A stretch of DNA of 64,000 nucleotides from Macrostomum lignano (lineage: Eukaryota), in assembly GCA_002269645.1 (NCBI GenBank), contig NIVC01000254.1, positions 372,001 through 436,000 of the forward strand, in the 5' to 3' direction. Below, in pieces: positions 34,901-47,200 of this stretch. Made by a program: the position numbers and the translations under genes. Numbering within the stretch: the stretch's first letter is position 1; each line of letters starts with the position of its first letter. A model generated the notes under the pieces. It searched no databases, was not told where the DNA came from, and saw only the letters and a program-made list of their open reading frames with translations.

Positions 34901-37900
34901 AGCACATAGTGGAACATAGTGGCACAGCGGATGTCTCTGCGATTCTAGTCATCTGGGCCGACAAGTTATCAATTTCAGTTGGTTTGGTCCGGAGCTGAAC
35001 TTCGGGCTCCATTCCAGAGCCTTAAGTTGACATGAGATCCCCATTTTGTCCCCTGGGACCCCAAGGAAGGGAGCCGGATGGGATGTCTTGGCAATTCTAG
35101 TTGTCTGGGCTGACAAGTTATCGATTGCAGTCGGTTTGGTCTAGAGCTGAACTTTGGGCTCCATTCCAGAGCCTTAAGTTGACATGAGATCCCCATTTTA
35201 TCCCCCTTTATCCCCTGGGACCCCAAGGAAGGGAGCCGGATGGGATGTCTCGGCGATTCTAGTCGTCTAGGCCAACAAGTTATCGATTGCAGTCGGTTTG
35301 GTCTGGAGCTGAACTTCGGGCTCCATTCTGGTGCTTAAGTTGACATCCCCTTTTCTGGAATTAGCTTTAGCTATTATGAATATTTCATTTTCACATTTTA
35401 AGATCCCTAAAAAAGCAGAAAACTGATTTCTTAACCTTCTTTGGCCCTTCTGTGGCCACTCTGCCTCTCCAGTGGAGGGGTTGCAGTCTGTTGTAAAAAA
35501 AGCCACCCTAACCTCTGCCTGCGGGTTGCTGTGTATTGGGGGGGGGGTAGGTGCACATGTTCCACGTTCAAGGCAAATAACCCCTTGTGTTGGGGTGCAA
35601 TAAAATTTAATCTTTCCCTAGAACAGGAGGGTTGGGCTTGGGCTGAGTGTACATAGCAATTGTACAGTAGATAGGACTGTGTCAAGATTCAATTGGTTTT
35701 ATTATTGGCCCTGTGTATTAGCTGGGCAGTGAAATTCAATGAACAGACTTGCAAGCCTCTTAGGCAAGCAGTCAGGAAATTGGGAAATTTCAAATGCTAA
35801 CTGTTCAGGACTCAAGTTTTAAACTTTGAAAGGAGAGACTTATATTGCTGGAAAGAGCTTGCAACACTGAGTTTGGGGATATAAGTTTCTTGCTTTAAAC
35901 ATGAAAACAAAACGCACAGCATTCAAGAAAAAATCCTTCTTTAAACTTTCTGTCATGTATTCTGCGTACAATTCATTAACCCCTCCTGTGGTGGGGTTGG
36001 TGGCAATAGGGCTTAGTGTACAAATTGAATACCCAGTAGAGGCTATAGATAACAATGAAATGAAAGAACAATGAAACAATGGGGAATGCTAACCCAACCC
36101 TAACTCTAACCCTGACCACTGACGCCTCTAACTTGAATAGTTTTAAGTATGGAAAGCATCTTTTGGATCTCTATTTAGCAGTTTTGATATTGATAGATTG
36201 ACATTGAAAGGAGAGGATTTTGATGGAATTCAGTTTCATGAAAAGATTTTGATAGATAAAGTTCTGTTTCACAGAGACAATTTCGATGGCTTTCAGTTTT
36301 CCAAAGAAAATTTTGATAGATTTCTGTTTCACAGAGAGAATTAAAAACGTAGAGAGAAAAAAGAGAAAATATGAGAAAAGAGTAGAGAAAAGATATAGTA
36401 GTAAAGACAAAAGACCAGGGAAAAGAGATAAATAAGGTAGCAGAGATGAGAAGAGAGAGAAGCAAGAGGAGAAAGGAGAGAGGAGAGAGATAAAAGATCA
36501 GAGATGAGAGAGTTAAGATAAGAAAGTAGTGAGGAGAGGAGAGATGAAAGATGCAATGAGAAAAGATATGAGTAAGAAAATAAGAGAGAGAAAAGATTAA
36601 AGATTAGAGATGATGATGAGAGTTAGAGTTGGTATATAATATAGTTGTTGGCATACAAAAGACCAAAATATTGTAATGTAAGAAAGGGTCTTGTATTATC
36701 ACAATGCAAAAAAGGTCCTTTAGTGTCACAATGCAAAAAGGTCCTTTATTGTTGCAACACTATTTGATAATGTCCAGTGTATAGATCACAAGTAAATTTG
36801 TTTTGTTAGCATAAATTTGAGTTTATAGTAAAGGGGTCTTTTTTCCAACATACCTTGTAACAGATTTGAGTGTTGGACTAGGTGAAAAAGTGCTTCACTT
36901 TGCCACTCTACACCACACTTCTTGCCACTTTGTGACACTATGCCACACCTCCCACTACCTCCTGCTACTTTGCTATATTATGCTGCACCTCCCATTGCTT
37001 TGGTGTACCTAGCCATATCTCATTGCTTTGCCATATCATGCTGTACCTTTTGCCACTTTGCCACTATGCACTGTGCAATGCCACACTGCATTGCACTAGG
37101 TTGATCCACACTGGATGCTGTCTATCAAAATGCCTATGCACTGCAATTGGGATTAGGCCTAGGCTATATTTCAAAACATTTATGTCTTAAATTTAAAGCT
37201 GTTTTGCTTATAATTTTAAATATCAAAAGAACTAAAATATGATTAGATACCTGGTAAGATTAGATTTATTTATAAAAAAATGAATGCTATGTCTATAATT
37301 GTATTTTATAAGAATTAGTTCCTATTTTTGAGTAGGCCTAGGTCTAGTTTTGATATAAACTTTGTATGTATATTAAATCTACTAAGAAATTTGGGCTTAA
37401 GATTAAGTATGTACAAAATATAGTTTATCCAATTAAAAGATAAAGAATTTTTAAGAATTAGGGCAAATATTTTTTAAAACTAACTAATTCAATTTTATGA
37501 TATATAAAACAAAAATTAAAAAATGTAACTAAGCCTAAACTAAAGTAAATAAGTTATATTGCTTTTTTTAGAAAAGTACAATATACTACATTAGCTGTTA
37601 AAATTTTAAGTTATGCATGTTTAGCACTTTAGGCTTAAAAATAAGAAAAATTGATACTTAAAAATTAGAGGAAAGATATTAATTTTAAATTTGAGAAGTC
37701 ATTCTTGTAATTTTTACAATTCTAGGAGTATATAAACTTGTACAAGATGCATGAAATATTATATAAATTAAATTGAAATTACTATAGCTATACCTAAAAG
37801 CATATTTTACAAAAGCCTTTTTGAACTAGGTTTTCAAATGCCATAGATATCAGATATATACATGTATATTGTTTCAACTATATAGGCCTAAAGCAGTAGA

Positions 37901-40799
37901 ACTTTTTAACAATAGTATGTGTTAATTGCATATTAATTATTTTCCATTTTAGATATTGGCAAACCATTCTTTGGATGCTACCTTCTCTTGCTAAGTATGC
38001 TGCCTACCATTCGCAGATATGTAAGTTAGGCTTTTGGCTTTGACTTTTTGTTTCTTTTGTCCGATCTCAGTTGTCCTATTGATATTATTAATACTCATTA
38101 ACACTTTTTATTAATGCAGGCTTAGCTATCATTGTCTTGCTTGCTTGGAATGTGCTCAACTTCAGCATCCGCTATTTGCATTGCTGCTACAAGCTTAGTG
38201 GCAAATTTGTTGTTGCTACTGAAGAGGAAAAACTTGACTTATCTAGAAGCTTTCGTGGTAAGTAAACTGGTCAGTTTCATTATTAATGCATTATTTATTC
38301 AGGTATAATCTTCTTTGTGAGAATCATCATTTAGTTCAGTTGAGACCACTGCTCAATATTAGTTGAGGACCACTGCTCAATATTAGTTGAGGACCACTGC
38401 TCAATATTAGTTGAGGACCACTGCTCAATATTAGTTGAGGACCACTGCTCAATATTAGTTGAGGAACACTGCTCAATATCAGTTGAGACCACTGCTCAAT
38501 ATTAGTTGAGGACCACTGCTCAATATTAGTTAAGGACCACTGCTCAATATTAGTTGAGGAACACTGCTCAATATCAGTTGAGACCACTGCTCAATATTAG
38601 TTGAGGACCACTGCTCAATATTAGTTGAGGACCACTGCTCAATATTAGTTGAGGAACACTGCTCAATATTAGTTAAGGACCACTGCTCAAAGTTAGTTAA
38701 GGAACACTGCTTAATATTAGTTTAAGACTACTGCTCAATATTACTCGTAGTTAAGGCCAGTGGTCAATATTAGATAAATAACACTATTTTGGTCTACTTA
38801 AAGACCACAGCTACTCACAAATCTACTCAACGCCAACCATCTCTCAGGCACAGCAGCATCCAGCCTTGTAACGGTGAGACGGCTGGCCTCTCCATCATCG
38901 CCTCAGAAGTCTCCGTCTACTCCGCCATCTCTTCTGTTGCCATCCTCATCGCCCAGCAGCCCACTATTAAAATCGGTTTACCTGCCATCGGCCACGCCAG
39001 CGCCCGCCAGACTACAGCAGTCCCATCGCCAGCTGAGCAGCGGCGGCAGCGGATCTGCTGGTAAACAGACCCAGATGTCAAAGCACCATCAAGATTATCG
39101 CCTAGGCAGCGCAGCTGGATTATTAAATAATAATCGTCATCAGCAACAATTGCCGGCCGCAGCTGCCGCCAACCGAAGCTTCGGTGGCGTCTCCTCGTCT
39201 GGTTCAGGCGATTTTTCCGCATATTTTTCTCCACCTAGGTTAGTCAGAAAAGTGTTTGCCTTGTTTTAACCACAGATACTAGATGTGCCACTCGCAATTA
39301 ACCTTGTAAACAAAAGTAGAGTCTACTCTAGTTCAGCCAATGGGAGAGCAGTAAGGAGAGAGGTCCAAGTCAGACGAATGAAACTCTGTTTAGGGGGGGA
39401 AGCCCAATCTAGCTCAGCCAATGAGAGAGCAGTAAGGAGAGAGGTGCGAGTCAGACGGACGAAGCTCAGTCTAGGGGGCAGGCCCAATCTAGCTCAGCCA
39501 ATGAGAGAGCAGTAAGGAGAGAGGTCCAAGTCAGACGAATGAAACTCTGTTTAGGGGGGGAAGCCCAATCTAGCTCAGCCAATGAGAGAGCAGTAAGGAG
39601 AGAGGTGCCAGTCAGACGGATGAAGCTCAGTCTAGGGGGCAGGCCCAATCTAGCTCAGCCAATGAGAGAGCAGTAAGGAGAGAGGTGCCAGTCAGACGGA
39701 CGAAGCTCAGCCTAGGGACAGGCCCAATCTAGCTCAGCCAATGAAAGAGCAGTAAGCCAGAGGCGATTTTTACAGCTTCAAAAACTTTAAAATATCTGGT
39801 AACTTTTACTATTGTAAAGGCAAAAAACGCTACTGTTGCTACTAACTTTACTACTTCTGCTTTACAGAAATCTTTCTGCTCTGTCAGCCTCGTTACTTCT
39901 TGGCGGCAACAGCGGCTCGTCCGCGCATCATCCTGGCAGCCCTCTGCAGCATCCGGCAGCTGGACAGTCGCCTCATCTGGACGATTACAGCTATCTGTCC
40001 CGCCTGCGCTACCAGCTCGGCACTCCGTCGCCTTCTAATCGTCGGTCATCTTCCTCGACTGGACTAACTCGCAATTCAACTGCGCCAAACTTGTCGCCTT
40101 ATCCGGCTGAGTCTATTCTCAGCTTGATGTCGCCTCCAACTGATGCTGAACCCACTCAGCAACAGCAGCAGCAAGTTGCCCAGCAACAGCAGCGTCACTG
40201 GAATCGACTCAGTCCTGAGCACACTATTCGACTATTAGGCATTGATCGCGAATTGGACTGCACTCCCAGAGGCCTTGACAAATGGTTGCAGGGCATTCGA
40301 GCTTGGCTGCACGGTACCCTGATCGAGCCTCTGAGCAGGGATATCGAGCGGGTTAATGCTCGGCTTAGGGAGGCTGGAGCTTCATCCGAGATGTTAATAG
40401 GGCAAGCCAGTTTTTCACAACTTCAAGCTGTTATTAATAACGTTTCGGCTAATGCCGCCACCGCTGCGCCTTGGACTCGAGCTCTGGCACCGCTGATGCC
40501 CTACCTGCAGGCCTGCGATGATCAGGGTTACCTGGTTAGACGGTTGGCTGAACTGGCTAGGTGGGGCTGGGGCTCGGTTTTTGCTGGATTTGGTAGATTG
40601 TGTGTAGAGTTGGTTGAGTTGCAGGTGGATTAGTAGTTTTGGTCGATGGTTAACCTTAGCAGTTGGTTTGGTAAATTGGGTAGAGTGGTCTGGTAGGTTC
40701 GGCATATTTATTCGAGTAGTGGATTTTGATGGATAGATAGATATATAAGTATATAGATAAATAGTTAGATAGAATGATGGATAGATAGATGGATAGATG

Positions 40800-40874
<75 letters not shown>

Positions 40875-40983
40875 GGATAGATTGATAGATTGATAGGTAG
40901 ATAGGTAGATAGATGGATAGATTAATAGATTGATAGATAAATTGATAGATGAATAGATAGATAGATAGATAGATAGATAGATG

Positions 40984-41058
<75 letters not shown>

Positions 41059-41825
41059 GCATAGATAGGCAGACAGATAGACAGAGTTGTCTATGACCAT
41101 ACACAGATATTTGTATTAGCAGAGCCCCCTCTACTCTACCATGCAGCCTGCCCTGTCTGGGCGCCTACCGCTGGGACTCGGGCTCGCCTGACCGCTGGGT
41201 GTCGGAGCGCCACCCCCCAGACGCCCGCCTGCTGATGTCGCTGCTGTCAGCGTACCTGGACCGCTGCCTGCCGCCTCTGCCCGGCAACCGGCAGCCATTC
41301 AGTTCCGTGTTTTTGGCTTCAACATCTTTAGCAGCTTCTGGTAGCAGCGCTTCGGTGGCATCCTCGACGCCCGATCGTCAGCAAGCAGATTCGCAGTTGG
41401 CAGCAACAGCGGGACCTTCAGCTGGACCGTCGGGTTCTGTCGGAAAAACCGACATCGATTCAAAGTTTTCGACAGCCGCTTCAGCCGGAGTTGAGCTGAG
41501 AATATTCCCAGCCTCGAGGCAGCCGCCTCATTATCAGCTGTTGCTTAGCAACCAGCCAACTGAGCAGAAGCAGCAACTCACTCTGTTGGATATTGCTTCT
41601 GGGAGCAGAAATTTCTTCTACTCCGTGTTGTTCTTCTTTTATTACTATTATAGTCGCAGAGGCGGCCGGCTAAGGCAGGTGTCGCTAGGCGAGAGCGGAT
41701 TAAACCTGGATTGGATATTCAGCGGCAGAGGTGGCGCCGCCGCAGGCCTGGATATCGAGGATCTGCTGCTGTCGTCAAGTCTGGAACGCGACGGTGTTGG
41801 CTCGGCGGCTTCTGGGAAAATTTAG
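31907..41825 (+). CDS. TMEM209: Transmembrane protein 209 (nuclear envelope protein), 6 coding exons, about 702 aa
   Basis: Exons 31907-32046, 37953-38020, 38120-38257, 38848-39238, 39868-40560 and 41147-41825; GT-AG, phases consistent, 2109 nt. N-terminal TM segments, an S/P-rich middle, and C-terminal motifs KWLQGIRAWLHGTLIEPL, IGQASFSQL, QGYLVRRLAEL, YRWDSG, AYLDRCLPP, PPHYQL and VSLGESGLNLDWIF that parallel TMEM209. Confidence 0.9.
33328..35353. mobile_element. Foldback-like non-autonomous element: inverted arms built from 161-bp tandem units around a 1-kb core
   Basis: Left arm 33328-33944 (about 3.8 units); right arm about 34929-35353 (about 2.6 units, reverse complement). The outermost ends match (aaaggggatgtcaacttaagcaccagaatgg) and share a variant absent from the inner units. 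No TSD or transposase was seen. Confidence 0.7.
38335..38775. repeat. 24-bp minisatellite (gttgaggaccactgctcaatatta) in TMEM209 intron 3
   Basis: Direct reading. Confidence 0.93.
39330..39760. repeat. About 80-bp tandem repeat with CCAAT boxes in TMEM209 intron 4
   Basis: Units at about 39331, 39411, 39491, 39572, 39652 and 39731, each with agccaatga/g. Confidence 0.92.
40730..41080. repeat. (GATA)n microsatellite in TMEM209 intron 5
   Basis: Direct reading. Confidence 0.96.
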
Positions 41826-42014
41826 TTTTTGTATGGAGACTGTATCTTCATTCTGTGTAATGTCAACAATAAAGTTGCTAATAAACTTTAAAATCGCCCT
41901 TTTCAATTTTTAAGTGGCTCCTTGGTTTACTTTCTAAGAATTAATCTGAAGTATTTTTTGTAACTTATAATACGATATTATAACCTTAACTGTTTGTTTG
42001 GGAAATGTCTGCAA

Positions 42015-42455
42015 ACCACCTCCCTGATATACTCTCTAAGAATCATCTTGAAATACTTTTTAAGAATCAGCTCCCTGAAATACTTTCTAAGAATTAGCTC
42101 CCTGATATACTTTCTAAGAATCAGCTCCCTGAAATACTTTCTAAGAATCAGCTCCCTTGAAATACTTTCTAAGAATTAGCTCCCTGAAATACTTTCTAAG
42201 AATTAGCTCCCTGATATACTTTCTAAGAATTAGCTCCCTGATATACTTTCTAAGAATCAGCTCCCTGAAATACTTTCTAAGAATCAGCTCCCTGAAATAC
42301 TTTCTAAGAATCAGCTCCCTGATTTACCTTCTAAGAATCAGCTCCCTGAAATACTTTCTAAGAATCAGCTCCCTGATTTACCTTCTAAGAATCAGCTCCC
42401 TGAAGTACTTTCTAAGAATCACCCTGATATACGCTCGTACTTTCTAAGAATCGCT
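42015..42455. repeat. 27-bp minisatellite (tttctaagaatcagctccctgaaatac)
   Basis: Direct reading. Confidence 0.93.
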
Positions 42456-42919
42456 CCTACAGAAGTGTTAAAAGTTGCCTTTAAACTATTCAGTTTCTAA
42501 GAATTGACTCTAATCTGCTTTCTAAGAATAATCCCTAAACTTACTGTGAGTAATGAGGTGTAGTTTTTGCAAACTGCTGGTTGAAACTGTATTTTTTTAC
42601 TTATAATAAAAGTATAGCCCCCGACTGTTGTGTTTAATGTTGTTGAAAATTCGTTAAGTGTTTGCTGTCATACAACTACTACTGTTCATCTTATGCGTGT
42701 TATACTGCATGTTACCCTATGAAAGCATTTTCGTAAATACGTAATATTGCACTTGTACCTGCAACATGTCTTTTATTATCAACATCTGGTTGCTATGAAT
42801 AAATATAATAATATATGCATAATTTTACCAAGTTAAAAAAACTTTCGTAACAAAAAGATATATAATTTTTAGCTTTAGTTCATCAGTTTTTTATCGAAAT
42901 GGCTGCTACCCGATAATTC

Positions 42920-43820
42920 TCCAAGGTCATTCAGATCTGGAAATTCCCACCTACTATTTCCCCAAGGTCATTCAAATCTGAAAATTCCCACCCACTATGT
43001 CCCTAAGGTCATTCAGATCTAGAAATTCCTAACTACTATTTCTCCAAGGTCACTTAGATCTGGAAATTCCCAACCACTTTCTCCAAGGTCATTCAGATCT
43101 GGAAATTCCCATCCACTATTTCTCCAAAAGTCATTCAGATCTGGAAATTCCCATCAACTATTTCTCCAAAGTCATTCAGATCTGGAAATTCCCAACCACT
43201 TTCTCCAAGGTCATTCAGATCTGGAAATTCCCATCCACTATTTCTCCAAAGTCATTCAGATCTGGAAATTCCCAACCACTTTCTCCAAGGTCATTCAGAT
43301 CTGGAAATTCCCAACCACTTTCTCCAAGGTCATTCAGATCTGGAAATTCCCATCCACTATTTCCCCAGTCATTCAGATCTGGAAATTCCCAACCACTTTC
43401 TCCAAGGTTATTCAGATCTGGAAATTCCCAACCACTTTCTCCAAGGTCATTCAGATCTGGGAATTCCCAACCACTATTTCCAAGGTCATTCAGATCTGGA
43501 AATTCCCAACCACTTTCTCCAAGGTCATTCAGATCTGGAAATTCCCAACCACTTTCTCCAAGGTCATTCAGATCTGGGAATTCCCAACCACTGTTTCTCC
43601 AAGGTCATTCAGATCTGGAAATTCCCATCCACTATTTCCCCAAGGTCATTCAGATCTGGGAATTCCGAACCACTGTTTCTCCAAGGTCATTCAGATCTGG
43701 AAATTCCCATCCACTATTTCCCCAAGGTCATTCAGATCTGGGAATTCCGAACCACTGTTTCTCCAAGGTCATTCAGATCTGGAAATTCCCATCCACTATT
43801 TCCCCAAGGTCATTCAAATA
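42920..43820. repeat. 39-41-bp minisatellite (ccaaggtcattcagatctggaaattcccaaccactttct)
   Basis: About 22 units. Confidence 0.95.
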
Positions 43821-44273
43821 ATCAGATCTAGAAAAGTAGAAGAAAAGCCCAATTAACTCAGAAGCAATAGCTAGGACATTCCGAGCTCATCGGAAATGCG
43901 CGTATATCCAAACTCGGCAGTAAATCAAAGACAGATTTTCATTTAACCGTCGCAATTTTGCTTGCATAGTTTGACAGTATGCTAATTTTGGTCATTTTTC
44001 TTTCGAACTTATCGATCGATTGCATTATAATGATTCCATAAAGGGCACCTGGCACCTGAGTTTCGCTTTACCGAAAGCGCTCGAGATATTTCTGCTCCTT
44101 GGTAATTTAATTTGTTCTGGTTGCCTGCGCAATATGCTAAACAGTGGACATTTCTCTGGGGTCTGACCTCACCGAATCGAGTCCACTTCTGCGTGGTGTA
44201 TTTAATCTGACTTGGTCGGCACATTGTGTCGTATATTTCTACGAATTGAAAGCCAATTCGAAAAAACTTCATC

Positions 44274-47200
44274 ATGGGCGCTAAGGAGGGCAGCAGCTAC
44301 AGGCAGGATGTTGTCGCTGTGAAGTCAAGATGTTGGAGAGCTTTGACTTGGGTAAGTCCGTGTGGAAATGCAGATGTATAGTCATGATCGCCTTATCAGC
44401 TAACCCATCAGAAACATCGCCCTCCACAACAAACCCATCAGAAAAATCGCCTCCCTCAATAAACCCATCAGAAACATCGCCCCCCCCACAACAAAACCAT
44501 CAGAAAAATCGCCCCCCTCAACAAACCCATCAGAAACATCGCCCCCCTCAACAAACCCATCAGAAACATCGCCCCCCTCAACAAACCCATCAGAAAAATC
44601 GCCCCCCTCAACAAACCCATCAGAAACATCGCCCCCCTCAACAAACCCATCAGAAACATCGCCCCCCACAACAAACCCATCCGAAACATCGCCCCCTCAA
44701 CAAACCCGTCAGAAACATCGCCCCCTCAACAAACCCGTCAGAAACATCGCCCCCACAACAAACCCATCAGAAAAATCTCCCCCCCTCCACAACAAACCCA
44801 TGAGAAAAATCGCCCCCCTCCACAACAAACCCATGAGAAAAATCGCCCCCCAACAACAAACCGAAAAGAAACATCGCTCCCCTCAACAAACCTGTCAGAA
44901 AAATCGCCCCCTAACAAACCCATCAGAAACATCGCCTTCCTCAACAAACCCGTGAGAAAAATCGCCCCCTAACAAACCCATCAAAAATTTCCCCTCGACA
45001 AACCCATCAGAAAAATCACGCCCCCCCCCCGAACAAACCCATCAGAACCCCCCGAACAAACCCATCAGAACCCCCCGAACAAACCCATCAGAACCCCCCG
45101 AACAAACCCATCAGAACCCCCCCCGAACAAACCCATCAGAAACCCCCCCCGAACAAACCCATCAGAACCCCCCGAACAAACCCATCAGAACCCCCCGAAC
45201 AAACCCATCAGAACCCCCCCGAACAAACCCATCAGAACCCCCCGAACAAACCCATCAGAAACCCCCCCTAACAAACCCATCAGAATAATCGCCCCTTTAA
45301 CAAACCCATCAGAAACCCCCCCCCCCCGAACAAACCCATTAGAATAATTGCCCCCTCACAAACGCATCAGAATATGCCCGACAATACAAACCCATAAAAA
45401 AATCGCTCCCACAAAAATCCTCCGGAGAAATCGCCACTTTTCTTAAATCTCACCGAAAAAGAACATTTATCGAATGTCGCACAGCTCCGTGGCACTCTCC
45501 TGGGCAGCAACCAGTTAGCAAACGACGGCCATGTTGATGACGAAAATCAGGAAAGAGGCAATTGGAGCGGGAGGCTGGACTTCTTTCTCAGCTGTCTGGG
45601 CTATGCTGTTGGCCTGGGCAATGTCTGGCGGTTTCCCTACCTGTGCTACAAGAATGGCGGCGGTGAGAATCAGCTGACTTTTGAAAATCGGTTACACAAA
45701 TTCGCACCTTTTGTGATGCGTGCCTTCGAAGTTACCTGTTATTTCGCTAGTGTAATCTAAAATAGAACCATTTAGGAATTTGGGTATCAATTTTAGCGCC
45801 ATTTGGGTAGCTATTTTAGCGCCATATGAATAGATTTTTAGCGCCATTTGGGTAGCTATTTTAGCGCATTTGAATAGATTTTTAGCGCCATTTGGGTAGC
45901 TATTTTAGCGCCATTTGGGTAGCTATTTTAGCGCCATTTGGGTAGCTATTTTAGCGCCATTTGGGTAGCTATTTTAGCGCCATTTGGGTAGCTATTTTAG
46001 CGCCATTTGGGTAGCTATTTTAGCGCCATTTGGGTAGCTATTTTAGCGCCATTTGGGTAGCTATTTTAGCGCCATTTGGGTAGCTATTTTAGCGCCATTT
46101 GGGTAGCTATTTTAGCGCCATTTGGGTAGCTATTTTAGCGCCATTTGGGTAGCTATTTTAGCGCCATTTGGGTAGCTATTTTAGCGCCATTTAGGTAGCT
46201 ATTTTAGCGCCATTTGGGTAGCTATTTTAGCGCCATTTGGGTACCCATTTTAGCGCCATTTGGGTAGCTATTTTAGCGCCATTTGGGTACCCAGTTTATC
46301 GACCTCTTACAAGAAAAAAACCCATTCTATTAAAGTTGAAAAGCTTACCTATGTTATCCATTTGATAAAAAGTTTATATCCATCGATATGTATAAAACAT
46401 TTCCAGGCGCGTTCTTCATACCCTACTGCATCTTTCTGTTCCTGTGCGGCATGCCCGTCTTCTGCATGGAGTTGGCGATCGGGCAATTTAGCAGCTCCGG
46501 ACCTCTCACCTGCTGGGAGTGCGCACCTCTGTTTCGCGGTGAGTCATGCTCGGAAATTAGTTTGGGAGGTTCCGTATTTTCCATAGAATCTATCGATCGG
46601 GGATGTCCCATTGAATCTATCGATTGATTTCCCATAGAATGTATCAATCGAGGATATCCCATAGAATCTATCGATCGAGGATTTCCTATAGAATCTATTG
46701 ATTGATTTCCCATAGAATCTATCGATCGAGGATTTCCTATAGAATCTATCGATCGGGGATTGCCCATAGAATCTATTAATCGGGGTTTGCCATAGAATCT
46801 ATCGATTGAGATTTCCCATAGAATCCATGGATCGGGGATTTCCCATAAAATCTATCGATAGATTTCCCATAGAATCTATCAATCGATGATTTCCCATAGA
46901 ATCCATGGATCGGGGATTTCCCATAGAATCTATCGATCGGGGATTTCTCATAAAATCTATCGATTGATTTCCCATAGAATCTATCAATCGATGATTTCCC
47001 ATAGAATCCATGGATCGGGGATTTCCCATAGAATCTATCGATCAATGATTTCCCATAGAATCTATGGATCGGGGATTTCCCATAGAATCTATCGATTGAG
47101 ATTTCCCATAGAATCCATGGATCGGGGATTTCCCATAGAATCTATTGATCGGGGATTTCCCATAGAATCTATTGATCGGAGATTTCCCATAAAATCTATC

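Noticed and set aside
35840-36079. 79-aa ORF with a signal-peptide-like start in TMEM209 intron 1
   Set aside because: Short, with no homology or promoter evidence.
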